A stretch of 64,000 bases of DNA from Octopus vulgaris (taxonomy: Eukaryota). The stretch covers positions 39,928,001-39,992,000 of the forward strand of contig OX597818.1 of the NCBI GenBank assembly GCA_951406725.2, in the 5' to 3' direction. A model generated the notes under the pieces. It ran no database searches. It worked only from the letters and a program-made list of their open reading frames with translations, and had not been told where the DNA came from. The translations under genes were made by a program, and so were the position numbers. Below, in pieces: positions 39,629 through 49,638 of the stretch. Numbering within the stretch: position 1 is the stretch's first letter; every line of letters begins with the position of its first letter.

Positions 39629-39634
<6 letters not shown>
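38929..39634 (+). mobile_element. Penelope-like pseudo-LTR / retrozyme-like element between two (TA)n tracts
   Basis: Inverted repeat 38929-39184; direct re-occurrence of GTGGTCAGTCCTTTAAATTTTGTATGTA near 39607; internal hammerhead. Confidence 0.65.
39387..39461 (+). ncRNA. type-I hammerhead ribozyme with canonical core and extended stem II
   Basis: CTATG-CTGATGA-GCTTG...CAAGC-GAAAC-TGATCG-GTA-CATAG. Confidence 0.8.
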
Positions 39635-39670
<36 letters not shown>

Positions 39671-40039
39671 TAAGTAACACAGACTATGCGGGGACACACT
39701 GTCATTTTTTTTATTCATGTTAGTTTCTCATGATTCATAGTACTTCTATCTGTGACATCTCAGATCTTAGAATCCAGCCCAGTGTCACCATTTCTTCCTT
39801 TGTTCATATTCTATCATAGAATCCCTTTTTGTCATCACATATCATTGTTTCACTCAACTGATGTTATCCACAATCATTACCAGTGCAACTCTCTCTCATG
39901 TACTCATTGGCTGGTTCCTTTAAGTGCCTGCTATTTCTCATCTCCCTCCTTACATAATTCCCAATGCTAATTAATCTGGTAACCCCCAACATTTCTAGAT
40001 CTTCTACAATGAATGCCACAAACAATTTGCATAATTTCC

Positions 40040-40490
40040 ATCATCATCATCGTTTAGCGTCCGCTTTCCCTGCTAGCATGGGTTAGACGGTTCAACTGGG
40101 GTCTAGGAAGCCAGAAGGCTGCACCAGGCCCAGTCTGATCAGGCAATGTTTCTACGGCTGGATGCCCTTCCTAAAGCCAACCACTCCGTAAGTGTAGTGG
40201 GTGCTTTTTACGTGCCACCGGCACAGGTACCAGACGAGGCTGGCAAACGGCCACGATCGGATGGTGCTTTTTACGTGCCACCGGCACGAGGCCAGTCGGG
40301 GCGGCGCTGGCAACAGCTACGTTTGGATGGTTCTCTTATGTGCCACCGGCACTGGTATCACAGCTGCAATTTCCATTGATGTTGATCGATTTCGATTCTC
40401 ACTTACCTCAACAGGTCTTCACAAGTAGAGTTTTGTGTCCCAAGAAGGAAAGGTATACATAAGTGGACTGGCTACATCCCATGTAGAGGC
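40040..40490 (-). mobile_element. 3' UTR fragment of the RTE LINE, young copy
   Basis: CATCATCATCATCGTTTAGCGTCCGC tail, CpG retained; matches 42400-42840 reverse complement. Confidence 0.85.
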
Positions 40491-40566
40491 CACTGGTGTA
40501 TTATTAAATAATCTTAAATGAAATGATTACACAATCAATTAATGATTAAGCTATGAATGATAATAA

Positions 40567-40736
40567 TAAGATCAAGGTGTAATATTTGTTCCTATCAGCT
40601 TAATATCTGATATGGTTCCTTTTTGGGGTCATTGATAGGAAACTGATTTTTAGAAAAAATTGAGAAAAAAAAGCAAAGAGTTAGTGGCTTGTGTCACCTT
40701 TGCCACGGGTGCAGTTTTTCCAGGATTCAGCCCATC
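40567..40736 (+). pseudogene. U2: U2 spliceosomal snRNA pseudogene (5'-truncated)
   Basis: TAAGATCAAGGTGTAATATTTGTTCCTATCAGCTTAATATCTGATA resembles the U2 branch-recognition/stem IIa region; Sm-site-like AACTGATTTTTAG; 3' GGCTTG..CACGGGT..GCAGT..GGATTCAGCCCA resembles invertebrate U2 stems III/IV. Confidence 0.85.
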
Positions 40737-40742
40737 AATTCC

Positions 40743-41100
40743 ATAGGTGCGGTTATATTGTAAGAAGCTTGCTTCCCAACCACAAGATTCCAGGTTCTGT
40801 CCCACTACATAGCACTTGGGCAAGTGTCTTCCACTATAGCCTCTGGTTGACCAAAGTCATGTGAGTGGGTTTGGTAGATGGAAACTGAAAGGAGCTTATC
40901 ATGTGTGTGTGTATGTGAATGTGTGTGCTTGTGTGTGTGTTTGTTTGTGTGCGTGCGTGTGTGTATATATATCTGTGTATGTGTTTGTGTCTGACCATCG
41001 CCATTTGACAACTGTGTGTTTATGTCTTTGTAACTTAGCAGTTTGGCAAAAGACACGGATAGAATAAATATCAGGCAAAAAATATGTACTGGGGTTGATT
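40743..41100 (+). mobile_element. SINE family A, diverged
   Basis: Similarity to family A. Confidence 0.75.
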
Positions 41101-41134
41101 CATACACCTGCATCTATATTTATGTATATAGGAA

Positions 41135-42840
41135 ATGAGCCATGTACAGGGATGCTGTCAGTAAGGTGAGGGTTGGCAACAAGTATAGTGAAAAATTCCG
41201 GATAGAAGTAGGGATCACCAAGGATCAGTCCTCAGCTCCATCTTATTCATTATAGTCCTCCTGCAATAACAGAGGAACTCAAGACAGGCTGCCCCTAGGA
41301 GCACCTCTATGCTCATGACCTTGCTCTAATTGCTAAGTCATTGCCAGAACTAGAGAGACGAAGTTTAGGATGTGGAAGCAAGGTCTAGAATCGAAGGGCC
41401 TTAGAGTTAACCTAGCAAAAACTAAAGTCTTTGTAAATAGGAAGGCTGACAAATCACAAACCCCTTCAGGTAGATGGCCCTGCTTGATCTGTAGAAAAGG
41501 CATGGGTAGAAACTCCATACGATGTACCTGGTGTAAGTTATGGACACAAAAGGTACAGCAATATCCAAGGGATGTTAACTAGGAAGATAGATTTTGTGTG
41601 TGGCAGATGCACAGGGGCAGTAAACACTGAAAATGTACAGAAAACGGATTCCATCACATGCCAGGGGGAAAAACTAGAAATAGTTAATAGCTTCCGCTAC
41701 CTAAGCGACCAAGTCTGTAGTGGGGCTGGTTGCTCTGAGAGTGTAGCAGCTAGAGTAAGAATAGCCTGGGCAAACTTCAGGGAGCTCCTACCTCTGCTGG
41801 CAACTAAGGGCCTCTCACTCAGGATGAAAGGTAGACTATGATGCATGTGTTTGAACTGCCATGCTACACGGCAGTGAAACATGGGCCATGACTGTTGGAG
41901 ATATGTAGGCTTGAAAGAAATGAAGCTAGTATGATCCGCTGGATGTGTAATGTCAGTGTGCATACACAACAAAATGTGAGTGCCCTGAGAGAAAAGTTGG
42001 ACATAAGCATCAAATGTGATGTGCAAGAGAGACAACTGCACTGGTATGGTCATGTGTTATGTATGGATGAGAACAGCTGTGTGAGGAAGTGCCACTCTCT
42101 AACTGTAGAAGGAACTTGTGGAAGAGGTAGATACAGGAAGACATGATGAGATAGTGAAGCATGACCTTTGAACATTGGACCTCACAGAGCCAATGACAGG
42201 AGACTAAGACCTTTGGAGATATGCTGTGATTGAGAGGACGTGGCAACTCAAGTGAGATTGCAGCTATGGCCGGTGCCAGTGTTGTATGTCTGGCCCATTT
42301 CAGAGTACCCTCTTAAATATGATATGCTTGAGGAGACTGTCGAGTCAGGTAAAACCAAAATCGCAGCTGTGGACTGTGCGCCCTGACTGGCTCCTGTTCC
42401 GATGGCATGTAGAAAACACCATCCGAATGTGGCTGATGCCGGTACCCCTTGACTGGCTCCCGTGCCAGTGGTTCGTAAAAAGCACTATCTGAAAGTGATT
42501 GATTCCAGGACCATCTAACTGGCACTCATACCTGTGGCATGTAAAAAGCACCATCGGAATGTGGCCAGTGCCAGTACCCCTTGACTGGCTCCTGTGCCGG
42601 TGGCACGTAAAAAGCACTATCTGAATGTGATTAATGCCAGACCTGCCTGACTGGCTCCTGTGGCACATAAAAAGCACCTAATACACTCTTGGAATGGTTG
42701 GTGTTAGGAAGGGTATTCAGCTATAGAAACATTGTCAAATCAGATTGGCGCCTGATGCAGCCACTGGCTCTCCAGACCTCAGTGAAACTGTCCAACCCAT
42801 GCTAGCATGGAAAACAGACGTTAAACTATGATGATGATGA
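41135..42840 (+). mobile_element. 5'-truncated RTE-clade LINE (RT C-terminal half plus 3' UTR ending in (TGA)n)
   Basis: HQGSVLS, LYAHDL (~YADD), GLRVNLAKTK, FRYLSD, LHGSETW, LHWYGHV motifs with frameshifts; tail GACGTTAAACTATGATGATGATGA. Confidence 0.88.
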
Positions 42841-43124
42841 ATGTCTGAATTTAGGGTATTCGCACCCTAAAGTTGTTCCTCATTGCAAGAAAAACAACAA
42901 AACTGCCAATGGGAAACATCAGATCGTACTAGAATTATCAAAAATTATTTAAATATTTAAGAGAAATGGACATGGAATGAAACTGCCAAGCAATATCTAT
43001 TTTCTATAATAATAATAGATTCTTTGTATATCTTACAAAAGTTACATTTTCTAACTTGGCAGTCTCAGCCAAAATTGTTTCTGATAAAAATAACTTTATT
43101 TTATTTTTTATCACAATATATATA

Positions 43125-43518
43125 TGCAGGAGTGGCTGTGTGATAAGTAGCTTGTTTACCAACCACATGGTTCCGGGTTCAGTCCCACTGCGTTGCACCT
43201 TGGGCAAGTGTCTTCTACTATAGCCTCGGGCCGACCAAAGCCTTGTGAGTGGATTTGGTAGACGGAAGCTGAAAGAAGCTCGTCGTATATATGTATATAT
43301 ATATATGTGTGTGTTTGTGTGTCTGTGTTTGTCCCCCTAGCATTGCTTGACAACCGATGCTGGTGTGTTTATGTCCGCGTCACTTAGCGATTCGGCAAAA
43401 GAGACCGATAGAATAAGTACTGGGCTAACAAAGAATAAGTCCCGGGGTCGAGTTGCTCGATTAAAGGCGGTGCACCAGCATGGCCGCAGTCAAAATGACT
43501 GAAACAAGTAAAAAGAGA
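43125..43518 (+). mobile_element. SINE family A, young near full-length
   Basis: A/B boxes and CpG retained. Confidence 0.9.
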
Positions 43519-43537
43519 ATATATATATATATATATA

Positions 43538-44017
43538 TTAGAGAAAATTGGAAACGCAAATCTTAGGCAGTCGAACAGATTCCTGAAGGCATAAATGAAA
43601 AAAAATTCATTCAAAGTAGTTAGATCCTATATATTTGTACACATCAGCATAAATCTTGCATGTACAGGTATGAAGATTCTCTAAGAGTATCAAGAATAAA
43701 ACCAGACACACATAAAAATATAGAGGAAATATAAAAATACATATAAAAATATATAAAATTACATACGAATAAAAATTACATGTGGTTGTCGTGTATATGT
43801 AATTCTATGTATTTTTATATATATTTTTATATTTCCTCTATATTTTTATGTGTGTCTGGTTTTATTCTTTATAACCTTAGAGAATCTTCATACCTGTACA
43901 TGAATTATATATATTTATACACATCTGCTTAAATCATGCAACTACTTGGATTGAAAATGTTTTCATTTATGCATTTGGTAATGTTTCCCTAAGATTTGCA
44001 TTTTCAATTTTCTCTAA
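43538..44017. repeat. ~480-bp imperfect inverted repeat flanked by (TA)n
   Basis: TTAGAGAAAATTG..CATGTACAGGTATGAAGATTCTCTAAG.. mirrored by ..CTTAGAGAATCTTCATACCTGTACATG..CAATTTTCTCTAA. Confidence 0.85.
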
Positions 44018-44102
44018 TCTATATTTTTTCGCATATGAACACTCCATAAACAACCCATGCATTTTAAAACCTATTTAATATTATATATCTATATATATCT
44101 AT

Positions 44103-44171
<69 letters not shown>

Positions 44172-44177
<6 letters not shown>

Positions 44178-44368
44178 ATCCAAACAAGAAACCACAAAAA
44201 AACACAATGCGAGGACGTGGAACAAATATAGTATTATTGGACACTAAGGAAAGGAGGGTTTAACGTTTCGAGCAGAGCTCTTCGTCGGAAACATAGGAGA
44301 AGGAAAGATCCAGAGAAGGGAAGACAGAGGAAAAAAAATCGCCATCGGTACACACGAGGTCACATTTT
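44172..44368 (-). mobile_element. ~200-bp hammerhead-bearing element (same family as 31411 and 47786)
   Basis: Minus 44258-44292: GTTT-CCGACGA-A-GAGC(tct)GCTC-GAAAC-GTT-AAAC; bounded by (TA)n and (CA)n. Confidence 0.75.
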
Positions 44369-44369
44369 A

Positions 44370-44442
<73 letters not shown>

Positions 44443-44597
44443 CTTTATTTAAAGCAGCAGAAAATTCAACAAAACCTGTTACTCTGAGTTTCCTGTTTTG
44501 TTGAATATTCTGCTGCTTTAAATAAAGCATATTACTCTACCACTGGTATTTGAGTACTCTTTTTTCCACCTTGTTTCACATTTATGTGTTTACTCCA

Positions 44598-44631
<34 letters not shown>

Positions 44632-45119
44632 TTTCTTGGCCTGACTGCCGACTGTCATCACGTCTTGTGTCCATCTCCCATGTTTTTGCCTTTAGGCTTT
44701 CACTCCATACATACCAGCTCAATTTGAATCGTTCTCAGTCGAAAGACGCCTGTTGTTATTTCTTGTTGTTTGTATTCGTAATTCTGTACCATATTCTTTG
44801 TTTTTTTGCTTGTTTGTTTTTTTGTCTTTGTTGCCGTACACATTCGCTAGTTTTCTTACAAAGGGGCCTAATGCTCTTAGCTTAGACTTTTTTGAGGACA
44901 ACCAGATCGAACCATCTCAAGTGTAACTGTCCGAAATGGTTGTGACTTCTGGTACTTGACTAATGAAAGAAAGCCAAGAATGACCCGTCTTTTTTGCCTG
45001 TCCGTCTAATTGCTGTTTCTTTTGTCTGCCTTTGTGTCATCTATCTATCTGAACGTTTTAATGCTCTCTATTGCGTTTTTGTTCCATTTTTATATATATC
45101 ATCACCATCATATATATAT

Positions 45120-45880
45120 AATAAATCTCTGAGTGAGTTATAAACAGTAGCTGCACAACATCATGAAGTATATTTGCCAACAATTTTGCTATATTTCCAG
45201 TGACGAAAAGTTTCTGATTTTGCAAAAGTGTAAACAAGCAATAATAAATCTCTGACCGAGCTATACACAGTAGCTGTATGACTTCGTGAAGTATATTTGC
45301 ATAAATATAAATGTGGCTAACCTGTAAGGTTAGCCACATTTAAGTGGCAAATATACTTCACGATGTCGTGCAGCTACTGCTTTTGCAGAAATCAGTGACT
45401 TTTCGTCACTGGAAAAAGATTATATATATTTGCATTGGGTACCACTTCACTTTGACAACTGGTGATTGTCACATGCTGATGACGGGTCAACACCCAGAAA
45501 CTAAAGTCCATGTGTATCATGTCAGGTTGGAGAGGGGAAGCATGACTTTTCTTTGCAAATACTGATAGGGCACAGATAATGTGTCAATAGCCAGCTGGAG
45601 GAGGTGTCCTCCTGGGGCTACAAGCTACAGTAGCATCCACCCTTAAGGGTTAGCCACAGTTAAGTGGCAAATATACTTCACAATGTCGTGCAGCTACTGT
45701 TTATACATTGCTCAGAGATTTATTATTGCTTGTTTACACTTTTTCATGATCATTGACTTTTTGTCACTGGAAAAAAGGATATATATATCCTATATGTAGC
45801 TTGTAGTCCCATGAGGACACCTCCTCCAGCTGGCTATTGACTATATATCTATGACCTATCAGTATTTGCAGTATTTGCAC
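45120..45880. mobile_element. tandem/inverted array of a ~350-bp hammerhead-bearing unit
   Basis: Unit segments at 45328 and 45648 in direct orientation, 45121-45300 and 45795-45870 inverted; inversion junction AAATGTGGCTAACC-TGTAA-GGTTAGCCACATTT. Confidence 0.75.
45470..45514 (+). ncRNA. minimal type-I hammerhead ribozyme
   Basis: CACATG-CTGATGA-C-GGGT(caac)ACCC-A-GAAAC-TAAA-GTC-CATGTG. Confidence 0.75.
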
Positions 45881-45895
45881 TCGGTAGAATCTCCA

Positions 45896-46310
45896 ATAGG
45901 CGCAGGAGTAGCTGTGTGATAAGTAGCTTGCTTACCAACCACATGGTTCCGGGTTCACTGCGTGGCACCTTGGCCAAATGTCTTCTACTATAGCCTTGGG
46001 CCGACCAAAGCCTTGTGCCGACCAACGCCTTGTGCCGACCAAAGCCTTGTGAGTGGATTTGGTAGACGGAACCTGAAAGAAGCCCATCATATATATGTGT
46101 GTGTGTGTCTGTGTTTGTCCCCCCCCCCCCCCAACATAGCTTGACAACCGATGCTGGTGTGTTTACGTTCCTGTAACATAGCGGTTCGGCAAAAGAGACC
46201 TATAGAATAAGTACTAAGCTTACAAAGAATAAGTCCTGGGGTCGATTTCCTCGACTAAAGGCAGTGCTCCAGCATGGCCGCAGTCGAATGACTGAAACCA
46301 GTAAAAGAGT
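45896..46310 (+). mobile_element. SINE family A inserted into the hammerhead array
   Basis: Full head to tail; internal GCCGACCAA.GCCTTGT triplication. Confidence 0.9.
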
Positions 46311-46354
46311 ATATTTGCATTGGGAGCCACTTCACATCGACAACCGGTGATTGT

Positions 46355-46399
46355 CACACGCTGATGACAGGTCAGTAACCAGAAACTCGAGTCCATGTG
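46355..46399 (+). ncRNA. minimal type-I hammerhead ribozyme (second copy; unit 46310-46570)
   Basis: CACACG-CTGATGA-CAGGTCAGTAACCA-GAAAC-TCGA-GTC-CATGTG; perfect palindrome ACTCGAGT in stem III. Confidence 0.7.
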
Positions 46400-46586
46400 T
46401 ATTGTGTCAGTTTGGAGATGGGAAGGATGGCTTCCCTTTACAAATATTGATAGGTCACAGATAGTGTGTCAGTAACCGGCTGGAGGAGGTGTCCTCCTGG
46501 GGCTAGAAGCTACAATGTCATCTACCTTTAAGGGTTAGTCACATTTAAGTGGCAAATATACGTCACGATATATATATATATATTTT

Positions 46587-46639
46587 AACAAAACTATCCG
46601 ACAAACGAGAACGTGAAACTCCGAGTAACAGGTTTTGTT
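46587..46639 (+). ncRNA. degenerate hammerhead-like motif (fifth family)
   Basis: AACAAAACTAT-CCGACAA-ACG(agaa)CGT-GAAAC-TCCGA-GTA-ACAGGTTTTGTT; core mutated. Confidence 0.45.
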
Positions 46640-46663
46640 GAATTTCTGCTGCTTTTAAATAAA

Positions 46664-46691
<28 letters not shown>

Positions 46692-46696
<5 letters not shown>

Positions 46697-46877
46697 CGCA
46701 GGAGTGGCTGTGTGGTAAGTAGCTTGCTTACCAACCACACAGTTCCGGGTTCAGTCCCACTGCGTGGCACCTTGGGCAAGTGTCTTCTACTATAGCCTCG
46801 GACCGACCAAAGCCTTGTGAGTGGATTTGGTAGATGGAAACCGAAAGAAGCCCTTCGTATATATATATATATGTATA

Positions 46878-46926
<49 letters not shown>

Positions 46927-47140
46927 TTGTGTGTCTGTGTTTGTCTCCCCAACATCGCTTGACAACCGATGCTGGTGTGTTTACGTCCCCGTTACTTAGT
47001 GGTTCGGCAAAAGAGACCAATAGGATAAGTACTAGGCTTACAAAGAATAAGTCCTGGGGTCGATTTGCTCGACTAAAAAGGCGGTGCTCCAGCATGGCCG
47101 CAGTCAAATGACTGAAACAAGTAAAAGAGAATAAAAGAGA
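46692..47140 (+). mobile_element. SINE family A, young full-length
   Basis: GGCGCAGGAGTGGCTGTGTGGTAAG..GGTTCAGTCCC..CCTTGGGCAAGT..tail AAAAGAG. Confidence 0.92.
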
Positions 47141-47785
47141 ATATATATATATGATGGTGGCAGCTGGTGTAAAAACACACACACACACACATATATATAT
47201 ATATGTATGTATATATATATATGTGTGTGTGTTTTTTTACACCGGCTGCCACCACCATCATAATTTAATACCAACTTTTCAAGCTTGTATGGATCAAACT
47301 ATATTTTTTCTATTTGTGAAGCTTGTATTAAGGCCAGTGTTCAAAGATTTAAAATGTGATCTTTTTTTAGTAAGTACATTTATGTATGTGTACTAGTAGC
47401 ACCCATGGAAATTCCATAGTTATTTTGAAAATTGTACGGTGAAATTGTATATTTTCCTAAAACATTTGATTCTCGAGAAGATATGAAAATGCACGCAGGC
47501 AGTACTGAAGGGGCAATCGATAAATCATTCAATCTGTCTAACCACCTACCTACCTACCTCCCTACCTTCAATCTACCCACCTACTCACCCTTGATGACGT
47601 AAGTGAAACACCCAGAAAAGACAGACGGAAATAAGCAGAATGATATAATTTTAAATTAGTTGGGAATTCCCACTTACTAATTTTTTTAAATTATATATTT
47701 GTTTTTCATTGTTCTCTGTCTTCGCTTAGTTCAAAGTATAAAAATGTAATTTCTTATAATTATATATACACACACACACACATAT

Positions 47786-47984
47786 AAAATGTGACCACAT
47801 GTGTACCGTTGGTGATTTTTTTTTTTCTTCTGTCTTCCCTTCTCTGGATCTTTCCTTCTATGTTTCTGTCGAAGAGCTCCGCTCGAAACATTAAACCCTC
47901 CTTCTTTCCTGAGCGTCCAATAATACTATATTTGTTCCACGTCCTCGCATTGTGTTTTTTTGTGCTTTCATGTTTGGATTAACT
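47786..47984 (+). mobile_element. ~200-bp hammerhead-family element with mutated core
   Basis: 47862-47896 GTTT-CTGTCGA-A-GAGC(tcc)GCTC-GAAAC-ATT-AAAC; ends at (TA)n. Confidence 0.7.
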
Positions 47985-49276
47985 AATATATATATATATA
48001 CAATTTAAAAATAGGATAAAATCTTTATAAGAATTTATCAAGTAGTTAGCGTGAAAAACCTCATAAGAGAAAAAAATCCACCAATTTTTTCACTTAAATA
48101 TATTTATTTATATTATATAGAGGGCATTACTATACGTAAATGCCCAGTCCCTCCTAGCGTGTGGCATTTATGTATAGTAATGCCCTCTATATAATATATA
48201 TGTTTTTAAATCCTGGGTAGTGGGATCATGGGGAACAATGATGAGTTAAAGGTTTTGCTAATGCCTTTAGGGGTTAAAATTCTGACGGAAGCATTTTTTT
48301 TTTTTTTTTTTTGTAATTATCGACATCATCTGCCTTTGTTCACATATGAGTTGGGAAGGTCTGGAAATGTTTTCCTGGTATAGAATGGTTTCCTATCTGT
48401 GAAGAACTGTATCTCTCTCATCCACTTAAATACTATGAAAATTGGAGTTAATCATCTCTTCTTATAATGCTTTCTGGGTCTACTAGACACTAAAATATAG
48501 CACACCATGCCGTTGACTCTATTTCCTTTTCTCCTCTACTTTTTTCCTTATTCCTTTAGCCTGGATCCTCTGATATTTTTTGCTTTTATCTTTTTTTTTC
48601 CTTTTATTTTCATTTTTCAAATTTTTCCTTTTATTCCTCCAGTTTTTCTTATCTTCTTTTCTCTTACATTCTAGTTATAGATAACAGATCTCTGTAAGGC
48701 AATATGTGTTTACATATTCATTCCATATCTTGAATACAATAATATAATTGGGAGTAGCACATTCAGCAAAAACAGTGACAGCTGAGCAGAGAATTACCAT
48801 TGTTATGTAGCCATTCGGTGCTAAACTTTTAGTGGGAAAGCTGAATGAAGTTATATTATCATGGTTGTTTAGATCAGTACTCTGCAACCATTTTTTTCCA
48901 CTAGCGGTACACTTATATTCTTGGATCTTTACCTTTTGACGTACAGATTTAAAAAAATAATTTTTTGTAACTAGACACTTTCAAATTTCAGACAGTGGTA
49001 GAATGTGTCATATAAAACATGTTTTACTCTTAGCATTTTTGAGGAAAAATTATATTTACGAAGTAATTTCACGTTAAAGTAGGCCTATTTTGTTAATTTC
49101 AACCAATCAATGAAGTGTATTCAGCTGAAAAAAATTACTGCTGTTGTTTGTCAACAAAAACTATCGGCGGTGTATTTTTCGTTTGTCACTGTTATTTTAT
49201 CATTTTAGTTGTTGTGGTGGTGGTGGGGGGACAAAAGAAAAAATGAAAATGAAATTAAACAAAGATTCTCTTTATG

Positions 49277-49638
49277 TTATTACCCTCACCTTAGCGAAGG
49301 TAGAGGTATTGTTTTCAGTCGTGTTTGTTTGTCTGTGGAGAAGATATCTCAAGAACCACTGGATGGATTCGGATGAAACTTTCAGGGATGTTTGGCCTCA
49401 TGACTGACACAAACTGATTAGATTTTGGGATCGATCTGGTTACCAGATAAGGATTCTGGATTATTTTTCCTGTTTTTTGCTTAATTTTTGAGAGTGGTCA
49501 GGTTCATTTTTAGTATTCTCGTATATGAAAACAGTTGAGTTTATTTCAGATATTCTCATTGTAAAAATAATTTTCTGCTAATCATTGAGAGGATGTTGGC
49601 ATTGCCTTGGCAGAGGTTTGTGCTCTTGCAGTTCTTTT
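49277..49638 (+). mobile_element. Helentron-associated (DINE/HINE-like) non-autonomous element
   Basis: TTATTACC..CCTTAGCGAAGG..GAGGT start and CCTTGGCAGAGGTTTGTGCTCT end; inverted homologue at 58883-59253. Confidence 0.6.

Noticed and set aside
44885-44950. Possible additional hammerhead (GGACA..TGTCC-GAAA-TGGTT-GTG)
   Set aside because: Core reads TTTTTGA, the triplet would be GUG and stem I is not evident; at best a dead relic.
46692-46770. tRNA gene
   Set aside because: The A/B boxes belong to the tRNA-derived SINE head, continuous with the SINE body and lacking a complete cloverleaf; the same applies to 12500-12574.
47591-47612. TTGATGA..GAAAC hammerhead-like string
   Set aside because: No pairing stems and no NUH triplet followed by a stem I partner.
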